Shown here in pieces: positions 1 to 11,665 of a DNA stretch of 64,000 nt (its first letter is position 1; each line of letters opens with the position of its first letter). Both the position numbers and the translations under genes were made by a program. This stretch comes from the human T2T-CHM13v2.0 reference genome, Homo sapiens, in the NCBI RefSeq assembly GCF_009914755.1, contig NC_060928.1. One strand, 5' to 3'. Below the pieces are notes generated by a model. The model had not been told where the DNA came from, ran no database searches, and was given only the letters and a program-made list of their open reading frames with translations.

Positions 1-1089
1 TGATTCAGAGCAAGTTATTTTTATTTGGTTATTAACAGTAACATAAAATGGAAACAATAGCTCGCTAAGCTTGCTAATGTTTGTAAATGATCTCACATTT
101 TCTTATTCACTTCAAATTAGATTTGCATATACAGTGCAATATTATATAGTCCTGGATGTTATATATTTTACTTACACACTATGAAATAATAGAATACTTA
201 ATTCATAATAATGTTGTATAACAAGCCTGACCTAGAACTAATTGCCCAGTATGAGAACTTCACTATAATTAGCTGTATATTTGGGACCTTTATTGATCAT
301 ATCATAAACTGAATAGTTGTAATAAATATCTGTATTTGAGATCCTGGTTTTATGTCCCAAAAGGTTAGCAGACTGCATGTATGACTACTTTATACCTTTC
401 TGGATTTTCTTTGTTTAAAAAAAAACCTGAAGTAAATGACTATTTTTATATTATTTTTATAAGATTACTGTTCTTCATGTTATAATAGCTTTTATACACT
501 CTTTGTGTTTCCTTCTTTGTCCTTCTCCCATTGGCTATCTCCCTCCTTGGAATCACATTACATGTGTTTTGGGATTTATTAAGCGACACATATTTCATGT
601 GTTTTGTGATTTATTAAGTGACACACGTTTCTTTACTGATCAGTTGATATCTGCTTCTTGTTCCTATGATATAACAGTGATTATCTATGTATTTAAATGA
701 AAATTGTAATTAAATCCTACAGTTTCTGATTCTTGTAACTAATTTTGGAAAAGATAAAAAGACAGATTTTAAAAAATATTTCTTCACTCCATTCGAATAA
801 CATTTTTCAGAAATAATAGTGCAAAAACCAGTATATGTTCTGAAAATGTTGCCCTTTTACTGAATAGAAAAGATTTTTTCAGAGACACAACTGTTTACAG
901 CTGTTCAGTTTCAAATAGAGACTAATGCATGGACAATAATGAAAAAAAAAAAACACTTTCGATGAAAATGCTGTAGGAATATCGATGCATATCACTTGAT
1001 TTCTTTTATGCCATAATAGTTCATTCCTTTATTTCATCTCTTAAGCTACCAAAATTTCATCAAATCATGGGCAAGGAATCTGCTTCAGT

Positions 1090-2788
1090 TTCAATCACCA
1101 GTGCATTAAAGAGTCACATCCAGGGTAGACTTTGGTAAGAGGTTTTAATTGTGTCAAATAATTTTATGCATATGTTCAGATCTTATAGTTTTTTTCTTTA
1201 TTCTGTTAATGTGGATGAATCCATCAATTGACCTTTCAAATGTTAGATCATTGAAATTCTTTAGATAAACCCCTACATGTATTTATCCTTCTCCTATATT
1301 TTATTTTATCTGCTAATATTGCTTTAAGGGTTTTGGGATTTACATTTATTAGGGTTAGTAATAGGCAGTTTTATTTCTTGTTACTTGTTTACCTTGTTTT
1401 GGTAGCAGAGCAATGATGATGTTTTAAAATGAGGTGGGAAGTGCTATTGTATTTTCTATTTTCTATAAAACATTGTGTAGAACTGTGATTATTTCTTCCT
1501 TAAATGTTGGATAAACTTTATCATGAAGCCATCTGGGTCTAAAATTTTTAAAAGATTTTATCAATAGGCATAAGGCTATTACTTGGGGCTTTTCCTATTA
1601 ATTTTTAGTCAGTATCAGTAATGTGTTTTTTTAAAACATTGGATCATTTTATCTAAATCATCAAATTTATAGGCAGATTTTTCCCCATTAATCCTTTGTT
1701 GTTAAAGTTTCTCTTTCATTTCTAATTTTGTGATTTGTACCTTTTCTCTTTTCTTGCTTTTAAGTCAAAACAGAAATTTATCCATTTTAGTGTTTTATTG
1801 TAAAAAAACTGTTCTTAAACACAGTGCCTATAGTTAACAATACAGTACTGTGCACTTCAAAATTTGTTAAGAAGGTAGATTTCTTTTTAAATATTCTTAC
1901 CATACACAGAGAAAAACAAAAACCAAATCTAAGTGACACAAGAAAACTGTAGGAGGTGTTAGATATGTCTATTACCTTGTTTCTGATGATGTTATCACAG
2001 ATGTTTGCATATGTCCAAACTCATCAAATTGTACTTATTAAATGTGCAGAGTCCTCTGTATTTCAATTCTACCTCAATATAGCTGTTAAAAATCAATTAG
2101 GTACAGGTTGTTGATAGTGTTGTTCGACTATTCAGTAATCTTGCTGATATTCTATTTGTTCTTTAAATTACTGAGAGAGATGTGAAAATCTCCAATTCTA
2201 ACTGTGGATGTATTTCTCCTTTCTTTTCTGTCAATATTTTCTTCATGTATCTTGAAGCTCTGTTACTGGAGGAGTACATATTTATGAAGTTTGGTGTTTG
2301 ATATTCTTCTTGATCAATTAACTTCTTTACATTTTGAAGAGTACCTTTCTGTCTAGGGTAACACTACAGATTTTGAAGTCTAATTTGTTTTATATTAGTA
2401 TGGCCACTCCAGTTTCCCTATGTATAATCTTTTCATGACATAGCTTTTCCATCCTTTTATACTTAGTATCTTGTGTCTTTACTCCTGCAGAGGATTTCTG
2501 GTAGACAGTATCTATTTGAGTCTTGGTCAATGTAATAATCTCTGTCTTTTATTTGAAATATTTAGGCCATTTAAATTTCCATTATTATCCAACCATCATT
2601 ACAGTTGTGGTCAATCCATGGACCTGCATTTCATTTTTTCCACATGTCTCCTTTTTGTTTGTTTCTAATATTTTCTTGAGTTTTTGAGTATATTTTAGAA
2701 TTTCATATTATCTACATGATTGGCTTATAATGCATACTTCTTTAATTTTGTTTTGGCAGCTGCATTAGGCTTTAAAATGTGCACGTTT
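1090..2788 (-). mobile_element. Old L1 (L1M-type) ORF2 remnant, antisense, fragmented
   Basis: T-rich, L1-antisense-like text, e.g. 'gtgaagccatctgggtct'-type motif near 1525 and 'ttactgagagagatgtgaaaatctccaattctaactgtggat' near 2170. Boundaries approximate. Confidence 0.6.
1820..2090 (+). mobile_element. L1M (L1MB/L1MC-like) 3' end inserted in the older antisense L1
   Basis: 'acagtgcctatagttaacaatacagtactgtgcacttcaaaatttgttaagaaggtagat...tcaattctacctcaatatagctgtt' resembles L1M 3'UTR termini. Confidence 0.65.
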
Positions 2789-3555
2789 CATCTGACAAAT
2801 GTCTAATATCCAGAATCTATAAGGAACTTAAACAATGGGACAAACTTAAAAAGACATTAAAAAGTGAGCAAAAGACATGAACAGAAACTTCTCAAAAGAA
2901 GAAACTGTGGAGGTTATGGGGAGAAGGGAATGCTTATACACTTTTAGTGGAAATGCAAATTAGTTCAGCCACTGTGGAAAGTAGTTTGGAGAGTTCTCAA
3001 AGAACTAAATCAGAACTACCATTCAACCCAGCAATCCTATTACTGAGTATATATCTAAAAGAAAATAAATCATTCTACCAAAAACACAAATGCACTGGTA
3101 TGTTCATCACAGCCCTATTCACAATAGCAAAGATATGGAATCAATCTAGGTTCCCATCAACTGTAGAATGGGTAAAGAAAATATGGTAAATATTCACTGT
3201 GGAATACTACACAGCCATAAAAAAGGAACACAATCGTGTCCCTTGCAGCAACATGGATGCAGTTGGAGGTCATTATGCTGAGCAAATAAATGCAGAAACA
3301 GAAAACCAAATACCACATGTTCTCACTTAAGCAGGAGCTAAACATTGGGTACTCACAGACATAAAGATGGCAACAATAGAGGGAGAAAAGTAGGAAGCAG
3401 GCAAGTGTTGAAAAACTGACCACTGGGTACTATACTCAGTACTTGGGTGACGGGATTAATTGTACCCCAAACCTCAGCATCATGCAATATACCCGGGTAA
3501 CAAAACTGCACATGTACCCCTGAATCTAAAATAAAAGTTGAAATTATAAAAAATT
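2789..3555 (+). mobile_element. 5'-truncated L1 3' end (L1PB4/L1MA-like)
   Basis: ORF2 C-terminal remnant (ORF 2947-3189, 'MFITALFTIAKIWNQ'), 3'UTR and A-rich tail. 14-bp TSD aaatgtgcaCGttt (2775-2788) / aaatgtgcaTAttt (3556-3569). Confidence 0.85.
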
Positions 3556-4528
3556 AAATGTGCATATTTTGCTTATTAAAATCTACCTGTAAATAATATT
3601 TTGTCACTTCCTATGCAATGTTAGCCCTAATATTTTTGTACTTTTCTTCCCCCATCCAGGCTTTTCTGCTAATGCTTTCATATATTTTATACCTATATGG
3701 ATTATGACTTCTGAAATATATTATTATTTATACTTTAAATAATTATACTTAAAAATTTTAAAATATAGAAAAATCTTCAATATTTACCCAACACTTACCA
3801 TTTACTGCTTTTTTTAATAGTCCCATATATCCATTTTCTGTCATTTTCCATCTGCTTATGTTTCTTGTCTTGCAAATTGTGACACATTTTCTTGACTGCT
3901 AATTGTGTGAATAAAGTTTTTATCTTGTCTAGATATTTTCACTGAGTATGTAGTTCTTGGTCATAAGGTTTTTCTTTTTGTTTTCTTTTACTTCTTGAAT
4001 CATACCAATCCATTTTCTTCTAGCTTGTATAGTTTGAGATAAGAAGTCTAGTCTAATTCTTATCCTTGCTCTTGTGTATGTATCAGTAATTTTCCTGTGA
4101 CTAATCTTAATACTTTGTCTTCATTCCTGGAGCTTAGGAATTTCTGTTTGATGATCTTTGATGTGGATTGTTTATGTGTGTGTATTTATGTATACCTGTT
4201 ATATATTATTTTAAATTTGTTAAAATTTCTGGTTATGGAAGGTATAGTTCTCATCAAAATTAGAAATATTTTAGTCATTACCTTAAAAAATATTTTTGGT
4301 TGTCCTTTTTAGGATTCTAATTTCATCTATGTTAAACCAATTGATATTTTCCAACATGTATCTGAATCTGTTTATTATTTTCAGTTATGTTTCTCCGTTT
4401 CATTTTTAATGGATTTTGTATGTTCAAGTTTACTAATATTTTATTCTACAATGCCCTAGTTGTTGTTCATCTCACTCAGTTAATTTCTGATTTATAATAT
4501 TGTATTTTCCAACATTTTGTGAAGGTGT

Positions 4529-4750
4529 TATATATATGTGTGTGCGCATACATATGCGCGCATATGTATGCATATATGTATGCACATATATGTGCGCATA
4601 CGTATGTGTATGTACATATATGCATATACGTATGTGTACGTACATAGATGCATATACATATGTGTACGTACATATATGCATATACGTATGTGCACATATA
4701 TATGCATATACGTACATATATATGCATATACTTATGTGTACATATATATA
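4529..4750. repeat. Compound alternating purine-pyrimidine microsatellite (TA/CA/TG/CG mix)
   Basis: About 220 bp of nearly unbroken RY alternation, seen directly. It generates the Y/M/H/C-rich spurious ORFs at 4472-4837. Confidence 0.95.
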
Positions 4751-5328
4751 ACAACTTCACAAACTGTTGACAATGTACATACCCATATATATGGGTCATA
4801 TTTTCTGATTCTTTGTATTGAAATATTTTCTCATTAGATGTTAGACATGTATTTTACATTATTGAGTGCTACATTTTATTTGCGTTTTTAAAAAATGCAT
4901 TGGACTTTTCCTGCAAGGCAGTTAACTTACTTGCGTATCAGCTTGATCCTTTTGCATCATTATGTTAAAGCCCTACAAGGACCGCTCAGGAGTAGCCTTT
5001 AATCTAGGGTTTATTTAGCCTCAGTTACAAGCTATGCCCCATGTGGTGTCTATCCTGATTGCCATGTATATTCAAAGAGGTTTCTGTCCTGTGGCTGAAG
5101 GAATCTTGAGTGATTCTCCAAACTGTGTAAACTCTGAGAATTGTTTATATTGTAGCTCCCTGAAGGAAAATCCTTTCCTTAAGAAATTGTTCTTTCTTAT
5201 CCTCATGGGATTTCATGAGAAAGTTGATATTTTAACCAAAGATTCAAGATACATGAATATTTTAAAATCTCTTTTTCTGCCTGGCTTTCTTCTCTCTGAA
5301 ATTCTGCTTTGCAAATTCTATAAGCCTC

Positions 5329-6119
5329 TGAAGGGGTTAAAATATGCTATTCTGCCATATTGACTATTTAAGTTTAAGACATTTGACAAACAGCAGGTGC
5401 AAGATCACTTTGACCTTCATGCAGTTTCATATTTCCATATTTCCCATGTAAAAGATACCTTCCCTCTACTATAAGGAAAGACAACATCTTTATCCTCAAG
5501 GATGAAAAGCTGAGACCAAAAGAATTCTGTACAGACCTAGTTAAAATAACTCTTATCTTTTAAGCCTTCCCACTTAATTATTTGCTTCTTCACAATGTAC
5601 AATTCTTTGTTCCAATTTAGTATATAAATAACTGACTGCTTCTTTGGGTCTTCATTTCATTTCTTTCTTTCTTTTTTTTCTATAAGATGAGGTCTCACTC
5701 TTTCTCCTAGGCTAGAATGCAGTAGCAAAATCAAAGCTCACTGCAGCCTTGAACTCCTGGGCTAAGCCATTCTTCCTCCTCAGCTTCCCAAGTATCCAGG
5801 ACAGCAGGTGCATGCCACTATGCCCATCTAATTTTTAATTTTTATTTTGTAAAGACAGGGTCTCGCTTTGTTGCCCAGGCTGGTCTCAGACTCTTAGTTT
5901 CAAGCGATCCTCTGCCTTCGCCTCCCAAAATGCTGAGACTACAGGTGTGAGCCACTATGTCTGGCCCTTTCAATTCTTTGTGAAGGCTCTCATGCCTAGT
6001 AAAACTTGTATTAAGTCAATTTCTATGCTTTTCTCCTGTTACTCTATCTTATGCCAATTTAATTCTTAGTCCTAGCTGGGAACCTAAGAGGACGAAGGTG
6101 GAATTTTTCTACCCCCACA
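5329..6119 (+). mobile_element. ERV1 solo LTR, MER34-like, with an AluJ inside
   Basis: TG...CA termini ('tgaaggggttaaaatatgct...ctacccccaca'), TATA-like 'tatataaa' at 5621, 4-bp flanks cctc/ccta. Similar to the LTRs at 20195 and 26425. Confidence 0.75.
5660..5966 (-). mobile_element. AluJ (full-length dimer)
   Basis: Antisense Alu with J-type 'cactgcagccttgaactcctgggct'. TSD-like tttcatttcttt / tttcaattcttt. Confidence 0.9.
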
Positions 6120-7803
6120 CCTAGTTTTCCCAAACTCCAGTTTATTTCTCTTCAACTTAACAGGATATCTGGGCTCTGTTTGATTTCTCCTCCACAAAAA
6201 GCAGTAAAAGCCTTGCTACCAGGCAGGGAGCTCGGGCAATGGTAGAATTCACTTTCTTGGTTTCTGTTCTTCAGGTGGTCATAACGCTATGCTTCCTGCT
6301 CCTGAATGTCAGAAAAGTGTATTTCTTCTATTTCATCTAATTATATAATTGTTTAGAAATTGCTACATATTTTATCCTTTAATGAATGTTCATGTAAAGT
6401 AGCCACAAACAAATTAAAAGTAAAAATTAAGTAAAATATATGCTTTTAAGGTTATGTAATTTCTCCATGTTAAACAAAATACTCACAAACTATACCTAAT
6501 TTATCAAATAATATTGATTGAATTGAAATTTTTAACTTAATTTTTTACCTAATTCAGGGTAAAAATTCAAAGTAATTATTATCATTCTGATTAAATGCAC
6601 ACACTCATATTCATAAAATTTTGGATGGCAAAGACTCATCTTTGTCACATTGATTGCTGATTTAGCTGATTTTAGAAGTAGGTGCTTTAAAGATGCAAGA
6701 GCACCTAATTCCTTTAGGAGCCAGAGCTAATCTAATACACCGCATTTTTTGTTTGTTTATTTGTTTGTTGTAGTCAATAGTCTCACTCTTGTTTCCCACT
6801 AGCAGCAGAAAGAATAAAGATTATTGTGAATAACGTGTTATCCATTCACATGGCCTCTAAATACTAAGAATAGAGCACATTCTCTTTCATACCTATTTAT
6901 GAAGATCATAGTTAAATTTATCTGAATTGCCTATTGATAGGATCATTAATGATTTATTTGCTAAGGTAATATATAAGACTGATTTTCTAAGGAGATTGAT
7001 ATAGTCGACATAATAAATTTTAGAATATGTCAACATGATTAACCACCTAGAATGATATTTGATGCTCCAAAAACAACAGATCATAATCTGCTCTCCTCAT
7101 ATTAACAGTGATACTATGAGGCAAAAATATCTCCTCGCGGATATTTCCTGGAATAGTTAATTAACTTAGCTACCATATCATAATCTTCCTCCATTAATGC
7201 AGTCTCATTAACAAACTTTCGTAGGCATCTTTGGAACAATTTTGTTTTCTGAAGTTGTGTCTTCCTGACAGACCATGAGCTGTAACTACTTACAGCTCTT
7301 CTTCAATCATGTATATAGTTGTCCATTCTATGAATCAACATTGCTATTTTCAATTGCTGTTGGTAAGAAAAATGTCAGTTTATTTCCAAATCTATAAATT
7401 TCACTCTGAAAGGCACTACAAAACCTAATGTATTATTTTCCACAAATCTTAGCTGTTTCACAACATAGATTTTAGATGTAAGCTGCCTTCAGGCTTCTGT
7501 ATTTTACAATGATTATTATGTGTGTGATACATTTTTTGATCTGGGAAGAGTTTAAGCATTCTGAGTGTCACATTTTCTACTAGTCAAATAAATAAATCAA
7601 AAGGTTATAACACAAAGTTTGTTCTAGAGGTATAGCAACATGAAAAACAAAATTAAACACGTGTGGGGTTTTTCCTACATGATCTCTGCTGCTCCTGCCT
7701 CAGTATATTTTAAAAACTCCTTTCACAGAGAATGCATCCTCTACATGTTTTTGCTTTATGATTGCTTACTGAGAATCTAATAAAGTGTAAATGATTTATA
7801 GGT

Positions 7804-8118
7804 TTGTTTGTTTGTTTGTTTTTTGTTTTTTTCTTTCCGAGATGGAGTCTTGCTCTGTCACCCAGGCGGGAGTGCAGTAGCACCATCTGGGCTCACTGCA
7901 ACCCCTGCCTCCCAGGTTCAATCAATTTTCCTGCCTCAGCCCCCCAAGTAGCTGGGATTACAGGCGTGGGCCACCACACCCAGCTATTTTTTGTATTTTT
8001 AGTAGAGATGGGGTTTCACCATGTTGGCCAGGCTGGTCTCGAACTCCTGACCTTGTGATCCACCCACCTCAGCCTCCCAAAGTGCTGGGATTATAGGCGT
8101 GAGGCACCATGCCTGGCC
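7804..8118 (-). mobile_element. AluS (Sg-like) with (GTTT)n tail
   Basis: Canonical antisense Alu, 'cctgaccttgtgatcc', short TSD tataggt. Confidence 0.92.
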
Positions 8119-8637
8119 TATATAGGTATTTTTTAAATTCTCTTTACATTGTTTGGACTGCCTCTTTCTTTTTGATCTCTCTGTGCTTTGCACATATTTT
8201 TCTCATAACACTTAAAAACTCTACTGAACTTACATGCTCATGTATTTATCTCTCTCAACTAGAGAACCTACCAAGATCTGCATATTTTATCATTTTGTTC
8301 CAATTATCTTGTATATTACCTGCACAGTGTAGTCATCTAAGAAATGTTTATTAATTGAGGCCTTGGTATAGAAATATCCCATTGAAAAACTGACTTCTGG
8401 TACCGATATATCTAGATGTGCACCTTTTATACTCTGTCTTTACTGATCTCTGGCATTTGCTTTCTCCTGAATTAGCTTTACTGTAAGGCAATCGCACCCT
8501 TTGTTTTGATGGGATAACAAGAGATAGCTCCAGGTCAAAACCTACTAGTTCCAGCAGGTAGACAGAATCTCACTTCCCAAAAGTTTCCCTAAAAGTATTA
8601 GAATGGACTCTGAATATCCTTGTATGGGCTGCATGCC

Positions 8638-10922
8638 TGTATTACTCCATTTTCATGCTGCTAATACAGACATACCAAAGACTGGGTAATTTATACAGGA
8701 ACAAGGTTTAATGAACTTACAGTTCCAAGTAGCTGGGGGGCCTCACAATCATGGTGGAAGGCAAGAGGTGCAACTCACATCTTACATGGATGGCAGCAGG
8801 TAAAGAGAGTGAACTTGTGCAAGGGAATTCCTCTTTATAAAACGATCAGATCTCGTGAGACTTATGCACTACCATGAGAACAGTGCAGGAAAGACTTGCC
8901 CCCATGATTCAATTACCGCCTGTCAGGTCCCTCCCACAGCACGTGGGAATTCAAGATAACATTTGGGTGGGGACACAGCCAAACCATATCATTCTACCCC
9001 TGGCCCCTCCCAAATCTCATGTCCTCACATTTTGAAACCAATCATGACTTCCCAATACTCTCCCAACGTCTTAACTCATTTCATCATTAACTCAAATATC
9101 CACAGTCCAAAGTCTCATCTGAGACAAGGAAAATCCCTTCTACCTATAAGCCTGTAAAATCAAAAGCAAGTTAGTTACCTCCTAGATACAACAGGGGTAT
9201 AGGCATTGGGTAAATAAACACATTCCAAATAGGATTAATTGGCCAAAGCAAAGAAGCTACAGGAATGACGCAAGTCCAAAATCCAGAGGGCCAGTCAAAT
9301 TTTAAAGCTCCACAGTGATCTCCTTTGACTCCATGTCTTGCATTCAGGTCACACTGATGCAAGAAGTGGGTTCCGATGTTCTTGGACAGCTCTGCTTCTG
9401 TGGGTTTGTGGGGTACAGCCTCCATCCTGGCTGTCTTCATGAGCTGGTGTTGAGTGTCTGCAGTTTTTTCAGGTGCATAGTGCAAGCTGTCAGTGAGTCT
9501 ACCATTCTGCTGTCTGGAGGATGGTGGCTCTCTTTTCACAGCTCCACTAGGCAGTGCCCCAGTAGAGACTCTGTGTGGGGGCTCCAACCCCACATTTCCC
9601 TTCTGCACTGCCCTAGCAGAGGTTCTCCATGAGGGCCCTGCCCCTGCAGCAAACTTCTGCCTGAGCATTCAGGCATTTCTATACATCTTCTGAAATCTAG
9701 GCAGAACTTTCCAAACCCCAATTCTTGACTTCTGTGCACTCTCATGCTTAACGCCACGTGGAAGCTGCCAAGTCTTGGCACTTGCATCCTCTGAAGCCAT
9801 GGCCTGAGCTCTACATTGACAACTTTTAGCCTAGTGGCTAGGATGCAGGGCACCAAGTCCCTTGGCTGCACACAGCAGAGGGACCCTAGGCCCAAGCTAG
9901 GAAACCACTTTTTCCTCCTGGGCCCCTGGGCCTTGATGGGAAGGGCTGATGTGAAGACCTCTGACATGCCCTAGAGCTATTTTCCCATTGTCTTGGCAAT
10001 TAACATTTGGCACCTCGTTACTTATGCAAATTCCTGCAGCCTATTTGAGTTTCTCCCAGAAAATGGGACTTTCTTTCTATCACATTGTCAGGCTACAAAT
10101 TTTCTGAACTTTTATGCTGTGTTTCCCTTTTGAAACTGAATACCATTAACAGCATCCAAGTTACCTCTTGAATGCTTTGCTGCTTAGAAATTTCTTCCAC
10201 CATATATCCTAAATTATCTCTCTCAAGTTCAGAGCTTCACAAATCTCTAGAGCGGGGGCAAAATGCTGCCAGTCTCTTTGCTAAAACATAACAAGGGTGA
10301 ACTTTGCTCTAGTTCCCAACAAGTTCCTCATCTCCATCTGAGACGACCTCAGCCTGGATTTCTTTGTCCATATCATAATCAGCATTTTGATCAAAGTCAC
10401 TCAACAAGTCTCTAGACAGTTCCAAACTTTCCCACATTTTTATGAATTATTCTGAGCCCTCCAAATTGTTCCAACCTCTGCCTGTTACCCAGTTCCAAAG
10501 TTTTTTCCAGATTTTTGGGTATATTTTCAGCAGTACCCCACTCTATTGGTACCAATTTACTGTATTAGTTCATTTTCATGCTGCTAATAAAGACATAGTC
10601 ATGACTAGGTAATTTATACAAGAGAAAGTTTTAATGTACTTACAGTTCCAAGTGGCTGGAGAGGCCTCACAATCATGGTAGGAGGCAAGGAGGAGCAAGT
10701 TACATCTTACGTGGATGGCAGCAGGCAAAGGGAGAGAACTTGTGCAGGGGAACTCCTCTTTATTAAACTATCAGATGTCATGACACTTATTCACTATCAC
10801 AAGAACAGCATGCGAAAGACTTGCCCCCATGATTCAATTACCTCCCACCGGTTCCCTCCCACAACATATGGGAATTCAAGATGAGATTTGAGTGGGGACA
10901 CAGCCAAACCAAAACCATATCA
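8638..10922 (-). mobile_element. Full-length THE1 (THE1A/B-like) MaLR element: LTR 8638-8991, internal 8992-10560, LTR 10561-10922
   Basis: Two homologous LTRs 'tgtatta...ccatatca' and a perfect 5-bp TSD ATGCC (8633-8637, 10923-10927). Minus-strand ORFs 9171-9668 and 9536-9967 are pieces of the broken THE1 internal ORF. Confidence 0.95.
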
Positions 10923-11665
10923 ATGCCCATGTTTGTAGTAAATCAGATGAGGTTAGCAGGAAGGGAAATATGTAGCCTGGCTAGGCCTTCATCACAAGGG
11001 AACCATGGTTGTTATGTGGGAGGGTGGTAGTGAGGTTAACTCCGCCTGGAATGCCAAATTAGGAAGAGTGGAGAGTTTAATTCCTAAAGGGAATAAGAAA
11101 GTGATTCTTAACAGACAAAAAAAAAAAAAAAAAAAACCCAGATTATCACTACAATATAATAAGGCTTTGGAAAACAGCCTATAAGCAAATGAAAAACACA
11201 TATTTTTCTGCAGTGCAACTATAACTAGTTTAGATAATGCTAAATCAGTTTAATAAATTCTGTAATATTAACTGACAATCATTTCTCCTTCATTTTTATT
11301 CTTTGAAAATGTGTAGTTTCGCTCAAAAGCTCCTCTTACTAGGTCTGTTATTTTACTAAATTTGTGTTTTCCAGTTTGATAAATTGAGTTAAAGTAAAGA
11401 TATAGTGTTATGTTTATACTTTGCACATGTAGTCGAGTGTTAAAATATATTTTGAGTTAAAGAGAACTATTATAATAAAATAGTAGAAAATGTATACATG
11501 AGTTCCATTAAGAAAAATGAAAAGTAACAAAACATTTTTTCCTTCTCTCTGATATAAATACATACACACCTATACATAGAAAAAGAAAGAAAGGAAGAAA
11601 GACTTTAAAGCATAAAAGAGAAAAAGACAGAAAAATCAATAGCATCATCTATATATATTTAGTAT

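Larger units (their letters stand above)
3570..6360 (-). mobile_element. Old L1M 5'/ORF1 region, antisense, interrupted by the RY tract and a MER34-like LTR
   Basis: T-rich antisense ORF1-like text ('gagataagaagtctagtctaattcttatcctt', 'tcaagtttactaatattttattctacaatg'). Boundaries approximate. Confidence 0.5.

Noticed and set aside
4472-4837. Four overlapping ORFs rich in Y, M, H, C and V
   Set aside because: Artefacts of the RY microsatellite, which lacks stop codons on both strands.
9171-9967. 165-aa and 143-aa minus-strand ORFs
   Set aside because: Frameshifted pieces of the THE1 internal ORF, not a host gene.
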